From assembly GCF_001194135.2 (NCBI RefSeq), contig NC_068991.1, positions 49,835,916 through 49,899,915 on the forward strand: a stretch of 64,000 nucleotides of DNA, read 5' to 3'. Position numbers and translations under genes: made by a program. Positions 49,747-64,000 of the stretch are shown here, piece after piece; position 1 is the stretch's first letter, and each line of letters begins with the position of its first letter. The stretch is from Octopus bimaculoides. Lineage: Eukaryota. The notes under the pieces are model-generated. The model was not told the origin of the DNA. It saw only the letters and a list, made by a program, of their open reading frames with translations, and did no database searches.

Positions 49747-50652
49747 CTGGTTAAAATTAAACCAAAACAGAAGTCAAACGTTATTTGGATGTTAGATACT
49801 GAGTCTGATTAGGAATATTCAGTATAAAAACATATTGCAATATCTGTAATGAATGATGTTGATTACCAAAAATATTTAACTCTTATTATTAATAGTATAA
49901 TTAAGAAGGATGGACACAAACATTAAAGTTCTGAGTTCAATTCTTCCTTTCATCATTTCAAGATCAATAAAATTAACTGCCAGTCTCATATTAGAGCTGG
50001 TGATATTAATCCTCATCAATTATTCAACTTTGTGCCAATGCTAAAGGGCAGCAGGATGGAAGAATGGAAGAAGCATTAGTGTCAGACAAATGTTTGACAG
50101 TATTTGTTTCGACATTTCACCGAGTTCAAATGCTCTCAAGGACAGCTTTGCTTCCTCGCTCCTTCAAAAGTTGATAAAGTATCAATCAAGTACTGAGGTT
50201 GATATAATCAACTACCCTGTCACCCAACAAAACAAATTTCATAATTGTACCTATGTTACAAGAAAATTTTCAATGGTATTGTATTAAGAATCAACCAAAT
50301 TATATCATTTATGGATGAGGCAACATTGTAAATTCAAATGTACTGTACCAAGTCTAACTTCTACAAGTGATAATAATTTCATGTTAGGTATATTTGGTGC
50401 TGTCTTTCAGAAGTTGATTTTTGTCTCATGAAAAACTATTTGTTAGAAAACAGTAATTTAGATCTTTGATCGGCAGCAATGATTTCTTTTTTTTTTTTTT
50501 TTTTTTTTTCTTTTCACAGAAAATAATTAGAAACTGGTAAACAATTTGCTAACAACTAATCAAAGACTTTTGATACATCACTAATGAGTATATGAACATT
50601 AAAAAATAGGCACAAAAGTGTGCGCATGTGTGTATATGTATATATTATACAT

Positions 50653-50686
<34 letters not shown>

Positions 50687-50725
50687 ATACACATGGGTAC
50701 ATATATCGTACACGTGTGTGTGCAC

Positions 50726-50764
<39 letters not shown>

Positions 50765-51763
50765 TTACATACACACACACACATAAATGTGGTTGGTAAC
50801 CATTATTCAGTGAAGCATTCAGTCATTTAATAAACTAAGCTACTTATTCCTGAATTAACTTTCAAATGGCCAAGTGTCCTACAGAGAAATGAATCTTTAA
50901 TGAAATTCTCAGAATCAGCATGATACAGCACACAAGGCTGAATCAGCACAACACACTTCTACACACTTCCCATCAACCCTATTTCATTGATCTGAGGCTA
51001 TGGAAAGTAACATTTACCTGATATGCTGCAGACTGGAATGAAATCCAAAATCTCATGGTTGTGAAGTGACCATCTTAACCTTTTGACCATGCTGCACCTA
51101 GTATATCATCACCATTTAATCTCCCCTTTTCCATGCTGGCATGAGTTGAATGTACTGGGTAGTTTTTTTATATGGCACCAGCACTGGTGAGACCTCTCAA
51201 CTGAGCAGTATATAGACTAAAGGAATAAGGAACTATGATAGAGGGAGAGGAGCAGATGTCTTACTGAAGAGGTGAATACAGAGCTTGCCCACCTGGAAAA
51301 TGAGAGAGAAAGAAGGAGATGCAGGATCCAGGTACAAGATGGAATAGAGACAGAATAGGATAGAAGAGGGTAAAAGGTAAATGTGTAAGTGCACTGAATG
51401 AAAATAATGGGACAGATGATTGGAGATAAGGAATGAGTTGGATGCAGAGGATATCAGTAAAGTCTAGGGGGAAAGTGAAGGAAACAGGGTAACATAAAGA
51501 CTGATGAAAAATGGGTGTCAGAAAATTAATTATCAGGGAAGGCTTGACAGAACCTTAATTCTGTTGAGATGGATAGGTCTTTTCAAGCACAAAATATTGC
51601 CATCCATCTCAGTACCCCATCATCTCCTCTAGTGTGTGGGTGTGTGTATGTGTGTGTACTTAGATATATGTTGGGACTATACACTCATTCACAATAATAT
51701 TATAAACACAGACATACACACAAACACATATACATCCATCCATATCTATTATGCATACAATAT

Positions 51764-51955
51764 AAGGCAGCAAGCTGGCAGAAATGATAGCACACTGGGC
51801 AAAATGCTTAGCGGTATTTTGTCTGTTTTTATGTTCTGAGTTCAAATTCTGTCAAGGTCGACTTTGCCTTTCATCCTTACAGTCGATAAATTAAGTACCA
51901 GTTGTGTAATAGGGATGACCCAATCGACTTGCTCCATCCCTCAAAATTTCAGGCC
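51764..51955 (+). mobile_element. tRNA-derived SINE
   Basis: Matches the head at 26449-26584. Confidence 0.8.
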
Positions 51956-52081
51956 TTCTCTTCAGGGAAATGCATGGGAACCAACATCACCAATTCCTAT
52001 GGAAAGTATAATTCGTAATCTTCGAAACAAATGTTGGAAATAAAAGTATGCAGTTAACATGCGTTTTACTCCATTCACTAA

Positions 52082-52127
<46 letters not shown>

Positions 52128-52595
52128 TAATATCAGGGTAATAAAAATTTTAGAAATTTTTACTACCAGTGGCCTAGNNNNNNNNNNNNNNNNNNNNNNN
52201 NNNNNNNNNNNNNNNNNNNNNNNNNNNNNNNNNNNNNNNNNNNNNNNNNNNNNNNNNNNNNNNNNNNNNNNNNNNNNNNNNNNNNNNNNNNNNNNNNNNN
52301 NNNNNNNNNNNNNNNNNNNNNNNNNNNNNNNNNNNNNNNNNNNNNNNNNNNNNNNNNNNNNNNNNNNNNNNNNNNNNNNNNNNNNNNNNNNNNNNNNNNN
52401 NNNNNNNNNNNNNNNNNNNNNNNNNNNNNNNNNNNNNNNNNNNNNNNNNNNNNNNNNNNNNNNNNNNNNNNNNNNNNNNNNNNNNNNNNNNNNNNNNNNN
52501 NNNNNNNNNNNNNNNNNNNNNNNNNNNNNNNNNNNNNNNNNNNNNNNNNNNNNNNNNNNNNNNNNNNNNNNNNNNNNNNNNNNNNNNNNNNNNNN

Positions 52596-52645
<50 letters not shown>

Positions 52646-53520
52646 GAGGGATGAGATGATTATATTTATTTCACCAGTTGATATCCATAGGATGATTGGT
52701 TTGCAGTCAATATCATGGGAAAAATAATTTATTCTAGTGTACACTTTCTATATATTTTACATGCCTGCACTAGTGTGTTATAAATTGCCACCAAATTAGA
52801 TAAATCCATATACTGTGTATTATAGATTGGTAGGGAGATAGATGAACACACCACCAACTCGGATGTGGGATCAGAACTCCATTGTGAGGAGACCTTGTTA
52901 ACCTCCCTTCATCTTCTTGAACTGACTCTTATCTCCTCTTACCCTTCCTAGCTTCAACACTCCCCACCCCCCACCCCCAGTGAGCCTCCTATACTGCTTG
53001 CTCTCTACATTTAAGCATTCCACCTTTAAACTACTTTGCTTCCATAACTGGATGAATATTCTGGGGAACTCCAAGTCCCAGAAACAGCTGTTGGACTTAT
53101 AACACCTTACCACCTTCCCTTTAATTTTTCTGTCATTTGTACTCTGTAAGTTTGATCTATTACTATATAAATATATATTTATACTTAAATATTCGTCTAA
53201 AAATCTCCAGTCTTTGCTTTCTTTCTGTTTGCACACACACACACACGCACACACGCACACGCACACACACGCACACACGCACACACACGCACACACGCGC
53301 ACACACGCGCACACACGCACACACACTGTACATCAAACTCAAGCTGTTATATTTAATTTCTGTATCTGCATAATTGCCTCCATAATTGCTCACCTGGATT
53401 TTTCTACCCCATGGGACTGGCCGCTCGTAAAGACATCACAGTCTAAGTTCAAATCATTTGAGTGCTACTATGTGTTTTCTATACTGAGAATATAATTTAC
53501 ATGTGTAAATTATATCTAGA

Positions 53521-54426
53521 TACGAGGTGGTATCAAAAAATTCCCAGATTAGTTCTGTAGCACACCAGCAGATAGCAGCACACAGTTGCATGCACAGTGA
53601 GAGCTGTCAGTGACCTTCATGAGGCAGTGTGCCAGGTGACATCACTGTTTACTTCGCAAGTTGTGAAATTTGTGTTTTTGTGATTGTGTGTATGCTGTCG
53701 TCTGCGGTTTTTGTCAGACAAAGTTGGAACAAAGAGTCAATATGAAATTTTGCATTAAACTTGGGAAGTCTGCAACAGAAACAATGAGCATGTTTCAGCA
53801 AGCTTACAGTGATGAGGTAATGGGTTGTACACAATGTTTCAAGAAACACAGGCATTTCAAAAGTGGTAGAACGTCCCTGGAAGACGATGAGCAATCTGGA
53901 AAACCTGCCACAAGTGTCATCCATGGAAATATGGAGGAAATTCATTAGCTTATGCATGAGGATCATCAGAGGACAATCATTGATGTTTTGAAGTATTTGA
54001 GGGAGGACATTCAGTGAAAGTGCTTGGATCTGTTGTGTGTGAAGAATTGGATTCTTCATGATGCCAATGCACCCTGTCACCGAGCTCTTCTCACTCATGA
54101 GTTTCTCACCAAAAACAACAGGGTTTCATTTCTGCACCAGCCCTATTTGCCAGATTTAGCACCTGCAGACTTCCATCTCTTCCCGAAGATGAAAATGTAG
54201 CTCAACAGTTGCTGTTTTAACATCGTTGATGAGATCAAGAGCAAATTGCAGAAGGTCTTCAACCTGCTTAAAGAAAACAACTTCCAGGCCAGATTCCAAA
54301 AGTGGCAGGAACACTGCGTCCAGTGCATTACTGCACAAGGTAACTATTTTAAAGGAGATGTTAAAACTTAAGTTATTTTTTTTATTAAACATAATTAGTC
54401 TGGGAACTTTTTGGTACCACCTCATA
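53521..54426 (+). mobile_element. Internally deleted mariner element with intact TIRs and a TA TSD
   Basis: TIRs tacgaggtggtatcaaaaaattcccaga / tctgggaactttttggtaccacctcata. Translates to EQRVNMKFCIKLGKSATET..FKSGRTSLEDD, HDANAPCH and PDLAPADFHLFPKMK. Confidence 0.92.
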
Positions 54427-54429
54427 TAT

Positions 54430-55865
54430 AAATATGACCTTACAGCTGAATGTATAGTAAAATTAGGAGAAATTTCAGGTGTGGAAGAAAGGAGACAAAT
54501 TACTAACCCTTCAGGGAAATGGCCCTGCTTGGTATGTAGAAAAGGTATAGGTAGAAATTCCATACAGTGTACCCAGTGCAAGCTATTGGCACGAGAAGTG
54601 CAGTGGAATCACAGGAAGGTTAACAGAAAAGTTTGACAGATGTGTAGGAGTAATAAATACCAAGAACACAGAGGAAACAGATTTCTTCAAATACCTAGGA
54701 GGATTTTTAGAGGTAGTAGATAGTTTCTGTTGCTTAAGTGATCAAGTTAGCAGTGGAGGACAATGTTCTGAAAGTGTAATCATTAGAATAAGAACCAGCT
54801 AGGGAAAATTCAGAGAGCTTTTGCCTTTGTTGGTAATATAGGGCCTTTTCCTCAGAATGAAAGGCAGATTGCATACTAGTGTATGGACAACAATGCAATA
54901 TGGTAGTGAAACATGGGTTATGGATGCAAAGGATATACGAAAGCTTGAAAAAACTGAAGCTAGCATGCTCTGCTGGATGTGCATTGTCTTTGAGCATGGA
55001 TGACAAGTGTGCTTTTGAGATAAAAAAAAAAACTGGACATAAGAGGCATCAGATGTAGTATGTAATAAGGAGGACTGCATTGGTATAGTCACGTGATGCA
55101 TATGGATGAAGACAACTGCATAAAGAAGTTCTAATCTATAAATGTGAAAGGAACTTGTAGATGAGGAAGACCCAGGAGGATATGAGATGAAGTGGTGAAA
55201 AATGACCTTCAGATGTTGAACTCCACAAAAGAGACGAAAAAGGACCAAGATGAGAGGCCATTTGCAGTGCTTGAAAATACCAATAAATCTAAGAAATGTG
55301 GCCCCCAAAGATATGTCATTTATGTCTATACTCCTGCACACAATCTACTCCTGAAAAATACTCATCTTCCTACCTTCTCCTAACTCATTGTATTCCATCT
55401 TCCACTCTTTCACACTCTCACAACTTACTTGCCCACTCATCTCACCCAACCCTCTGTACCACTTATATACACCCCACTTTAACTTGAAGGTAAACCAGGA
55501 CATCTTCACCACTACTTTCACTTTTTCCAATTGGGTTAGCTTCTCTACTGCAAGACACCCATTTCTGTTCATCTGTCACATGTTCTCTTTCCATCACCAG
55601 GCACAAAGCCACCATTCTCAATACTTTTCTCCCCCAACTCATTTCCGGGGTGTTGTCTTGCAACTTGCTTAGTGACCTTGCTGATGTGAGTGACATGTAA
55701 AAAGCACCCAGTACACACTATGAAGTGGTTGGCATTAGGAAGGGGCATCGAGCCTTAGAAATCATGCTAAAGCAGGCAATAGAGCTTGGTGGAGTCCTCT
55801 GGTTCACCAGTTCCTGTCAAACTTAAGTCTTGATGGAAAGCCGGCCTTAAATAATGATGATGATG
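54430..55865 (+). mobile_element. 5'-truncated RTE-clade LINE: degenerate ORF2 3' part, pyrimidine-rich 3' region and (ATG)n tail
   Basis: KWPCLVCRKGIGRNSIQCTQC, EASMLCWMC and a GRPRRI*DEVV-like motif. Ends ttaaataatgatgatgatg. Confidence 0.8.
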
Positions 55866-55870
55866 ATTAA

Positions 55871-55908
<38 letters not shown>

Positions 55909-56115
55909 NNNNNNNNNNNNNNNNNNNNNNNNNNNNNNNNNNNNNNNNNNNNNNNNNNNNNNNNNNNNNNNNNNNNNNNNNNNNNNNNNNNNNNNNNNNN
56001 NNNNNNNNNNNNNNNNNNNNNNNNNNNNNNNNNNNNNNNNNNNGAAAAATAATTTTTAAAAAAACAGTGGAGGGACAAGTTTTAACAGATTCTATATTAG
56101 CTTGATACTTTAAAG

Positions 56116-56426
56116 CAGGGGTCCTCAAGCATTTTTTATCTATGGACCCCTTTGATTACTATTTTATTCCAGTGGACTCCCTTAGCCATTTGATGTTTAA
56201 AATCTAGTTGTATAGAAACTTCTTTCAAAATTCCCATTTTGTTTTTAACTTGTGTAGGTTGAACAATATAAAATGTTAGAGAAAGAAACCTAGCCATTTC
56301 TTGCAATACATATCACCACATACATCTAAAGCAAAATTTTTTGAGGTACCTTTAAGATGCTTTTAGAACTCCAAAAATCTTATATGGACCCTCAAGAGCT
56401 ATATGGACCACCGTTGAGAATCAGTG
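56116..56426. mobile_element. hAT (Charlie-like) MITE with an 8-bp TSD
   Basis: Ends caggggtcctcaa / ttgagaatcagtg. TSD ctttaaag (56108-56115) and cttcaaag (56427-56434). Confidence 0.75.
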
Positions 56427-56665
56427 CTTCAAAGGAAAGAAAAAGAGTTTTAATGTTTTGGATGTTAGTCCATCAGAGGAAAGAGAAAAGCATGGAGAGG
56501 GGATTGAGAAAAGGGAACAGCCAGTAAAAGAAGAGAGAAACAAAGAGTAAGGAGTTAGGAACCAGGTGGGAATGTTGTTGTATGGGAGTGGGGTGAGAAT
56601 GGAGGAGGGGATGTATGTGCAAGTATAGGGGTGTGTCTGTGTTTAGAGATGGACATATGGGATAG

Positions 56666-56700
<35 letters not shown>

Positions 56701-56842
56701 CTCACATGTGGGGAAGTAGTTTGTAGATTGGTGTGGGTGTGAGGTTTTAGGGAGTATGAAGAAGGGTGGATGTGGAAGAGGTAGGGAACAGATACAAGAG
56801 TGAGGCTAAAGGAAAGTAAGGGAAATGTGGAGGGTGTGATAG

Positions 56843-56906
<64 letters not shown>

Positions 56907-59060
56907 ACATGCATGTAAAGGCATGAATGTGAGGCAGTGGTACATGAAAGGAAGGTATGAACTGTAAGAAGTGTTTTGTAATTAACTTTTCTCTCCCTGC
57001 CCTTCCAGAATTCATACCATTTCTTTCACTTCATACAGTTCATAACAACACATTCATACCTTTGTGCACCAACGCACACCCCACTATCTCATATGCCCAT
57101 CTCTAAACACAGATACACTCATACTTGCACATATACATAGTCCCTTTTTCCCATCTCACCTCATCCTTGTTAGAACCACATTCCCACCTGGTTCCCAACT
57201 CCACACCCTCTTTTTCCTTCTTTCCTTTTCTCTTACTGAATGTTCCTTTTACCCACCCTCCTCTCCCTACTGTTCTCTTCCCTCTGATGAAGGACTAACA
57301 TCTAAAACATTATGATAGTCCCTTTAATGTATCAAGTTAATACAGAATTTTTAAACCTTGTTCCTTTGACATTGTCCTTTTTTTTTTTATTAGGTTTTCT
57401 TTCTTTTATTGCTCATTGCATTTAAATATATTTTAATGCTTATACAGACCTCTTATATATCTATATATACTACAAGACAAACAGGGGTATATTATTCAGC
57501 AAGGTAGGAGGCTTTATCTTATTAACATGTGAAGATGATTAAATAAATTTAATAATTACCTTCCATATAAATTCATTCTGAAATATATAGGCAGAAAATG
57601 AACAGCTGAGGTTTCAAACTTTTGCTATGCTATATGATAGATTGCATTTGCAAATATTTTTATTTCTGGAAGCTATTTTACAAAGCTTTTGTTGACATGC
57701 ATAATATTGCCTTATATACTTGTTTGTATATTTGATGCTTGCAAAGATTGATTTTCACTTTGGAATGCTATGAAGATATATTAAACATAGCTGTTTTACC
57801 TGTTGGTAGAATAAATCTTTTGTTTTTTTTTTGCTGGTCAATTCTGGTAATTAGATATTCAATAAAGTAACTCAATTAGAGAAAATTAGCCATTACAACA
57901 GTATAAATCCCATTATTTGTAAAGTTAATTTTTGGTTTCAAACACTAATACAAGGAAAGTTCCTTTAAAACAGGGGTTTGCAAACCAACAAATATCTATC
58001 CCTACAAAAAAAAACAGCAGGGGAAATATTTTTGTTTCCCTACTTATAAATGAAAAGACTATAGAGTTCACATCCGTATAACTAATCACAGCGGTCTAGG
58101 ATAAGTTTAAAATATTAAAGCCTCAATTCTATTAGACACAGCAAAAGGTCCACTACATTCCAGTCAACATATACTATCATAAGGAATGGAGGACTGGTCT
58201 ACCCTGCAGGAAATATTCTTTAAATCACTGAAAGTGGTAAATGGAAAGGTGATAATTCTAAATTTTTTCTTCATTTAACTAATGGTTCATTTCCTCAGCT
58301 TCCCAGAGAAGACCACACAGAGAATGAGAAAAAAAATACAGGAATTTATTAGCAATTATGATAAGACAAATGGTTTTAATGTTCACAGAAGATAATTCTT
58401 TGCTAGTTTACAGCAGAAATTGTGTATGAGAAAAGGGAGAGAAAGAAAGATGGGGAGAAAAAAAGAGTTACTTATAAAACAGTTAAGTAACTTGTGTAGG
58501 TTGAACAATATAAAATGTTAGAGAAAGAAACCTAGCCATTTCTTGCAATACATACCACCACATACACCTAAAGCACCACATACATACATCTAGTGAAGCA
58601 CTAGCTCAAGAATTCTCAAACAAAGTGATCAGTTCTATTTTTATAAAATATAACAAAAAAATAGTCACATCTTGAATAATCCTGAAAGGAACCCAAGTCA
58701 ATGAGAGAATCTTAATGCAGTTCATAAACCTAGCAGGAAATAGCAGCCAAACATTCTTCAAATCAAACATTAATATATTAAAAAAAGGTAAATTATATCT
58801 ATTGAATAGAAAAGTCTTGAAAAAAATGTTCAGGAGCAAAATGCCTTTGAATTTCAGTCAGTACAAACAAGTTGGACTCAGCTGTTAACTACAATGCTGA
58901 TTGTAACTAGAGGACAGTTCATATGCATATTACATATCTTTGGTTCTAACATCACAAGTAGTCAAAGATAGACATATCTAAATTTATAGAAGTACAATTC
59001 ACCCTCATACACAATTTGCATTTACAATTTAATGTTATGGTTCAAGAGAGAGAACAGCAT

Positions 59061-59111
<51 letters not shown>

Positions 59112-59149
59112 ATATAAATATATATATATATATATATATGAATTGAACT

Positions 59150-59600
59150 AGTTTCAACTCACGAGTTGTGGCCATGTTGGGGCACCATATTTTTACTTGT
59201 TTGTCATTAGACAGTGGCCATGATGGGGCAATGCCTTGAAGGATTTTAGTCGGACAAATCAATCCCAGCACTTTTATATTAAAACCTGGTACTTTTTCTA
59301 TTAGTCTCTTTTGCCAAACTGCTAGATTACATGGACAAAAACACACCAACAACACCAGCTGCCAATTGGTGGTGGGAGACAGACACAAAGACATGCGCAT
59401 GCGCGCACACATACACACACACACACAAACACACACACACAGAGGCTTCTTTCAGTTTCTGTCTATCAAATCCACTCAAGGTTTTTGCCCAGCTCAAAGC
59501 TACAGTATAAAATACTAGCCCAGGTGCCAAGTAGTGAATCTGAAACCATGTGGTTGGGAAGCAAACTAATAAACCACACTGACACACCTGCACCTAAACA
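59150..59600 (-). mobile_element. tRNA-derived SINE
   Basis: Homologous to 35020-35445. Confidence 0.75.
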
Positions 59601-59664
59601 TATATAGGTACAGGGTATAGAAATATATATGTACATATATATATACATGTATATAGTTGTACGT

Positions 59665-59700
<36 letters not shown>

Positions 59701-60599
59701 TTATATACATATGCACACCCATGCATAAATAGAAATAGGTACAAGCATGGCTGCATAGTAAAGAAGTTTTCAGTATTCCATGATTAGAGATATAGTTCTG
59801 GTATGTGAACGTTTTCCACTTGTATCCATGCACTGACCAATACCTTGTGAGTGAAATCAGCACGTCCACACAAATATACACATCACAAACCACCAGTTAC
59901 AACCATATGATTGTACTGCTGACTAGAAACACTCCAAAAATGATGACCTCTCTCCAGACAAACATTGGAGACTTCAAGTGCAAAGTGAACCACTAACTAC
60001 AATGACTAATCAAACTGCTAAAGAGATATAACCATAACCTTAAACATGAGCTGTGAGTGGTAAGTAAAAATCTTCAATTTACTAAGAAGTAACTAGCAGT
60101 AAACCCACAAGTGGTATAATTACATATGAAAGGCATCACATTCAAGGTTATAAATGGCTTTCTCCAAAATGATCTAATCATTTTAGATTAGGATCTGGAA
60201 CATAATTACATTTCATTGGAGTTTTAATGTTCGTTTAAGAAATATGCAATGTAACAACTTATCTGTATGCAGAAATAAAGAAAGGATTTGGGGCTGTGTT
60301 GAACAACAACAACTTGTCAACGAAACTGTCCTTAAGGAAGGGCAAAGCAGTACTACTGAAATATACTGAATGTCTGGCTAAACTATAAGATGACATTTGA
60401 CTGTTCCTCATTCATGGGTAATAAAATCACTATGCCTTGCAAAGGTTGGAACTGCTATAGTTGATGTTATTAAGAGACTGATAACATAGTTTATAGAACT
60501 TAATAAGAACAAAATCTACTGCTATAGTCATTAAGCTATAAGTCACCTAGAGTTCTGTGATGCAACTCATCTAACAATTTGCAACACATACTTCAAAGA

Positions 60600-62960
60600 A
60601 ACTAGTCAGTCACCTCATCGCCTACCTTATGCTGACCCTATAGAAGGACCAGCAATTCATCTGCCTGAATAGTTATTCACATAAGACAGGAAGATATCAG
60701 ACATGATGACTGGCATAGCAGTATCATTGCAAACTTCTGTAAGGGCAAAGGAGATGCTTTAGAAAGAAGAAAATACAGAGGAATCAAGTTGTTAGCCCAG
60801 GCTCAGAAATTCAGAGAACAAGAGAGAGAGAGAGAGAGAGAAAGAGAAAGAAAAAGAGAAAGCGAGAGAGAGTAAGTCAGAGTAAAATTAATCAGAGACA
60901 GTCAGTTTAGATTAAATGCAAGTAGGCTTTGTATCTAAAAGACGTTCCACAGATGCAATGTTCCTAGTAACAAAATTACAGGAGAAATATTTGGCTAAGA
61001 GTCAACCATCTTACCTAGAAAATGAAGGTCTTTGACAGAGTACCATGCCCTGTAATCAGATGGTCTCTAAAGAAACTAGGTGTAGATGAATGGTTTATGA
61101 GAGCTTTTCAAGTTATGTACAAAGATAGCTGTAAGTATGGATCAACAATTGGTTCAGGGTTGAATTTAGTATGAAGATAAGGTTCCATCAAGGCTCAGTC
61201 TTCAGTCCTTCCTTATTCATCATAGTCATATAAGCCATCACAGAGGAGTTTGAGAATGGTTGTCCATGAGAATACCTACATACTGATGATACAGTTCTCA
61301 TACCTGAATCTATGGTGGAATTAAAGAAATTGTAGGCATGAAAGAAAAACCTGAAACTAAGAACCTTTAAGGTAAGCTTACCAAAGACTCAAGTTTTAAT
61401 AAGTAGGAAAGATAACACGACCTCTGTATTGGCAAGGAAATAGTAAGATACATAAAAAAGGAGTAGGTATAAAACTTCAAATGGTGTAGCTAATGTAGGC
61501 TACAAACATACAAGAAATGGAGTGGGATCACAAGTAGACTAACAGAAAAGGCTTGCTTTATATGTGGCAGATACAGTGGAACAATATGGACCAAGAGCAG
61601 CTCACTGGAAGTAGTCAATAGTCTGCTTCCTAGATGACATAATTAGCAGGAAAGGTGATTGTTCAGAAAGCACAGTAGCCAGGGTAAGAATGAATTAGAG
61701 AAAATCTGTTGGTAACGAAAGTGTTTTCCCTCTGAGTGAATAGTAGATTGTATGATGCTCTATTTTAAAACACTTATGCTGCATAGCAATAAGACATGAG
61801 CCTTGAATACAGAGACTGGAAATGGCTGGAAAGAAATGGGATAAACATACTCTGATTGATGTGCAATGTTAGTGTACATGATTGCTAGATAACAAATGAA
61901 CTGAGAGAAAAACTGGGTATAACAGGAATCACATGTTCACATGTGAGAAGGCTGAGCTAGTGTGAATATGTGATGTGCATGGAAGATGACTGCTGTATAA
62001 AGAAACACCAAACACTGCAAGTTAGTGGAACCTGTGGAAGAAGGTGACCAATGAAGACTTAGGACAAAGTGATGAAGGCAAACCAGAAGATGCTGCATCT
62101 CAAAGACATCAGAGAACCATAATAATTGGTGATACATGATACTGTAGAAGACCTGTTTGTTTATGGTGAGACCTACTCCAACTTGAGCAGAGTGTTTCGA
62201 GGCTGCAATATTTGTATCCTGCCAGACCTACAATTGCTGACCCTCACCTTACACCCTTGACCAACTACCCCTGTCTATTGTTCACCCCCCCCTTCTTTTC
62301 ACTCCTAGTCATCCAACTCATCTCCCAACCGCCACTACCTGTGCTCATCACACCAGCCCCACGTGCCCTTCAAAAGACATATATAAGAGATGGCATTAAG
62401 CAGCCATCACCTATCAATACACAGTAACATCACTCTTTCTGCTGCCAGCTATCACTCACTCTCACCTCTATTACCATCCCTCTTCTACCTTTACCTAATC
62501 ACCAACAGCTACCTTTGTCTACCTGCTACTGCCAAGCCACTTCTACATATCCCTGTCTTTTTTCCACTCTTCTTTCCACTCTTCCATCTATTCTGTTCCT
62601 TTTGATGTCATTGTTCTTTTTCCAGCTCCCCACCCCCAAGTCATCTGTGTAAATGCACCTACCCTAATTTACTGAGTACTCTCCATACATACATACATTC
62701 ACTCCCTATCCCAACTTCTGGCCTTTCTGTTATTATTCCCTTTCCAAATTTACCTTTATTGTGCACAAGGCCCCTTATCAGCCATTGTTCACACTAAGCA
62801 GAGAAAGTGTAGGGTTACAAGGTCCTTCAAGTCCTGTCTTACTAAGAACTGTTCAATCTCTCTTGTTTTGGTGTCATGAGAAAAATGCATGTAGTATACT
62901 CTGTAAAGTGCTTGGCACTAGGGAAGTCATCCAGCCATAGAAACCAAACCTGATGATATG
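60600..62960 (+). mobile_element. Degenerate RTE-clade LINE (RT domain, 3' region and tail), interrupted by (GA)n at ~60822-60870
   Basis: Motifs in order: YRGIKLL, RSTDAMFLV, HQGSVFSPSLFIIV and YLHTDD (YADD box). A pyrimidine-rich tract and a remnant of the tail follow at ~62880-62955. Confidence 0.8.
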
Positions 62961-64000
62961 TGTGAGCACCTTCGTCTTGGAGAGCAGTAGCTCCCAATGG
63001 GAGGGGGCTTAAATGCTGATGGTTTGTTCAACATATGCCATGATGGAAAGTGGATGTAAAAAGTGATAATTTTGACATCACAACTCATCCAGAAGATTAC
63101 ACTACCCAGGAAATAGTTGCTAAATATCTAATCAACAAGGAACATTAGGATGCCTCTAGACCACAAGCTGAGAAACAAAATGTCAATAGTACTGCATTAG
63201 TGAGGAAGGTAGCCTCCATATCATCAACTTGGCTTGGTTTCATGCTCTTGCTTGATGGAGCTGGGTTCATTCCAAGTTAGTGGCCCCAGAGGTGTCATCA
63301 TACATAGAGCCAACCAGGTCCACCAGTGCTCTCCATATTTGGTGGTCTTGTGCCAGCCCCTCTACATCCTCCACACCCAAACACCAACCAATCCAGTTGT
63401 CCAAAAATGTTCAAAAGATACTTTACCATGAGACAACATTATTGCTAAAATCATCAACAGTACGACAGGAAAGATTGTCCTCACAACCATACCAAAGACA
63501 AAGCTGAATTGGAAAGTATCCACACTCTTATATTAAGGAACACTGGTGAAATATTCCAATAGAAATGGTAAACCTAATGTAAACATAACAGGCCAGGTAG
63601 TGTTCTATGGACAGAGAGCAAAAATCATGCATTGATGCAGAGATGAATGGCCCAGCAGATGTGAATATCTTGCCAAAAATCTGGGAAAAAAGCAGATGTA
63701 TATGAATAATTTCTGAGAAACTTACAGCTCTTATACTCTAGCTATAGATTTGCAAAAAGCCTAGAAATGTTGGGGTTTTCCAAAAGAGAACAAAGAAAAC
63801 TGATTTGCACACTCCAAAAATAATTAATTAGAGGTTGAGAGAAAATTTGTAAAACAGTTCTGGAATTCACCATTTGAAGTTTCTAGGCTAAACACACACA
63901 CACACAGCATTAAAGCACACATGCTTGTGTACTGAAGTAGTATGCATTTCCACTATATGAGTGAAATTTTATTTGCATACACGCACACATAAATTCATAC

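Noticed and set aside
50520-50536. Plus-strand 17-nt microexon after a poly-T tract
   Set aside because: It is on the wrong strand relative to the inferred gene, the donor is weak, and there is no other support.
3156-63507. ORF-track entries rich in CV, HT, YI or X
   Set aside because: These are translations of (TG)n, (CA)n and (TA)n microsatellites or of N gaps.

Overview
AT-rich eukaryotic DNA with assembly N-gaps, abundant (CA)n/(TA)n/(CAT)n microsatellites, and SINE, LINE and DNA-transposon debris. The repeat families look like those of an octopod cephalopod (my recognition, not a database result). No prokaryotic features or CRISPR arrays were seen. Almost all entries in the supplied ORF track are microsatellite, gap or degenerate-transposon artefacts. 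The window appears to be mostly intron of a minus-strand gene I cannot name. Its best-supported coding pieces are two paralogous phase-2/phase-2 exons (42286-42447 and 33223-33354) that end in the same peptide motif, P-x-TLSDF-x-x-WFQ, conserved through synonymous changes. Several weaker exon and microexon candidates flank them. The strongest non-coding observations are: (i) a palindromic, tRNA-headed, Penelope-like element nested in a mariner copy and carrying three degenerate hammerhead-ribozyme motifs (39777-40384); (ii) a 129/130-bp inverted repeat (29738-30662); (iii) a TIR element flanked by a 59-bp direct repeat with an outward-facing terminal stub (11254-11956); and (iv) several other fold-back structures and template-switch scars. 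All alignments were done by eye.
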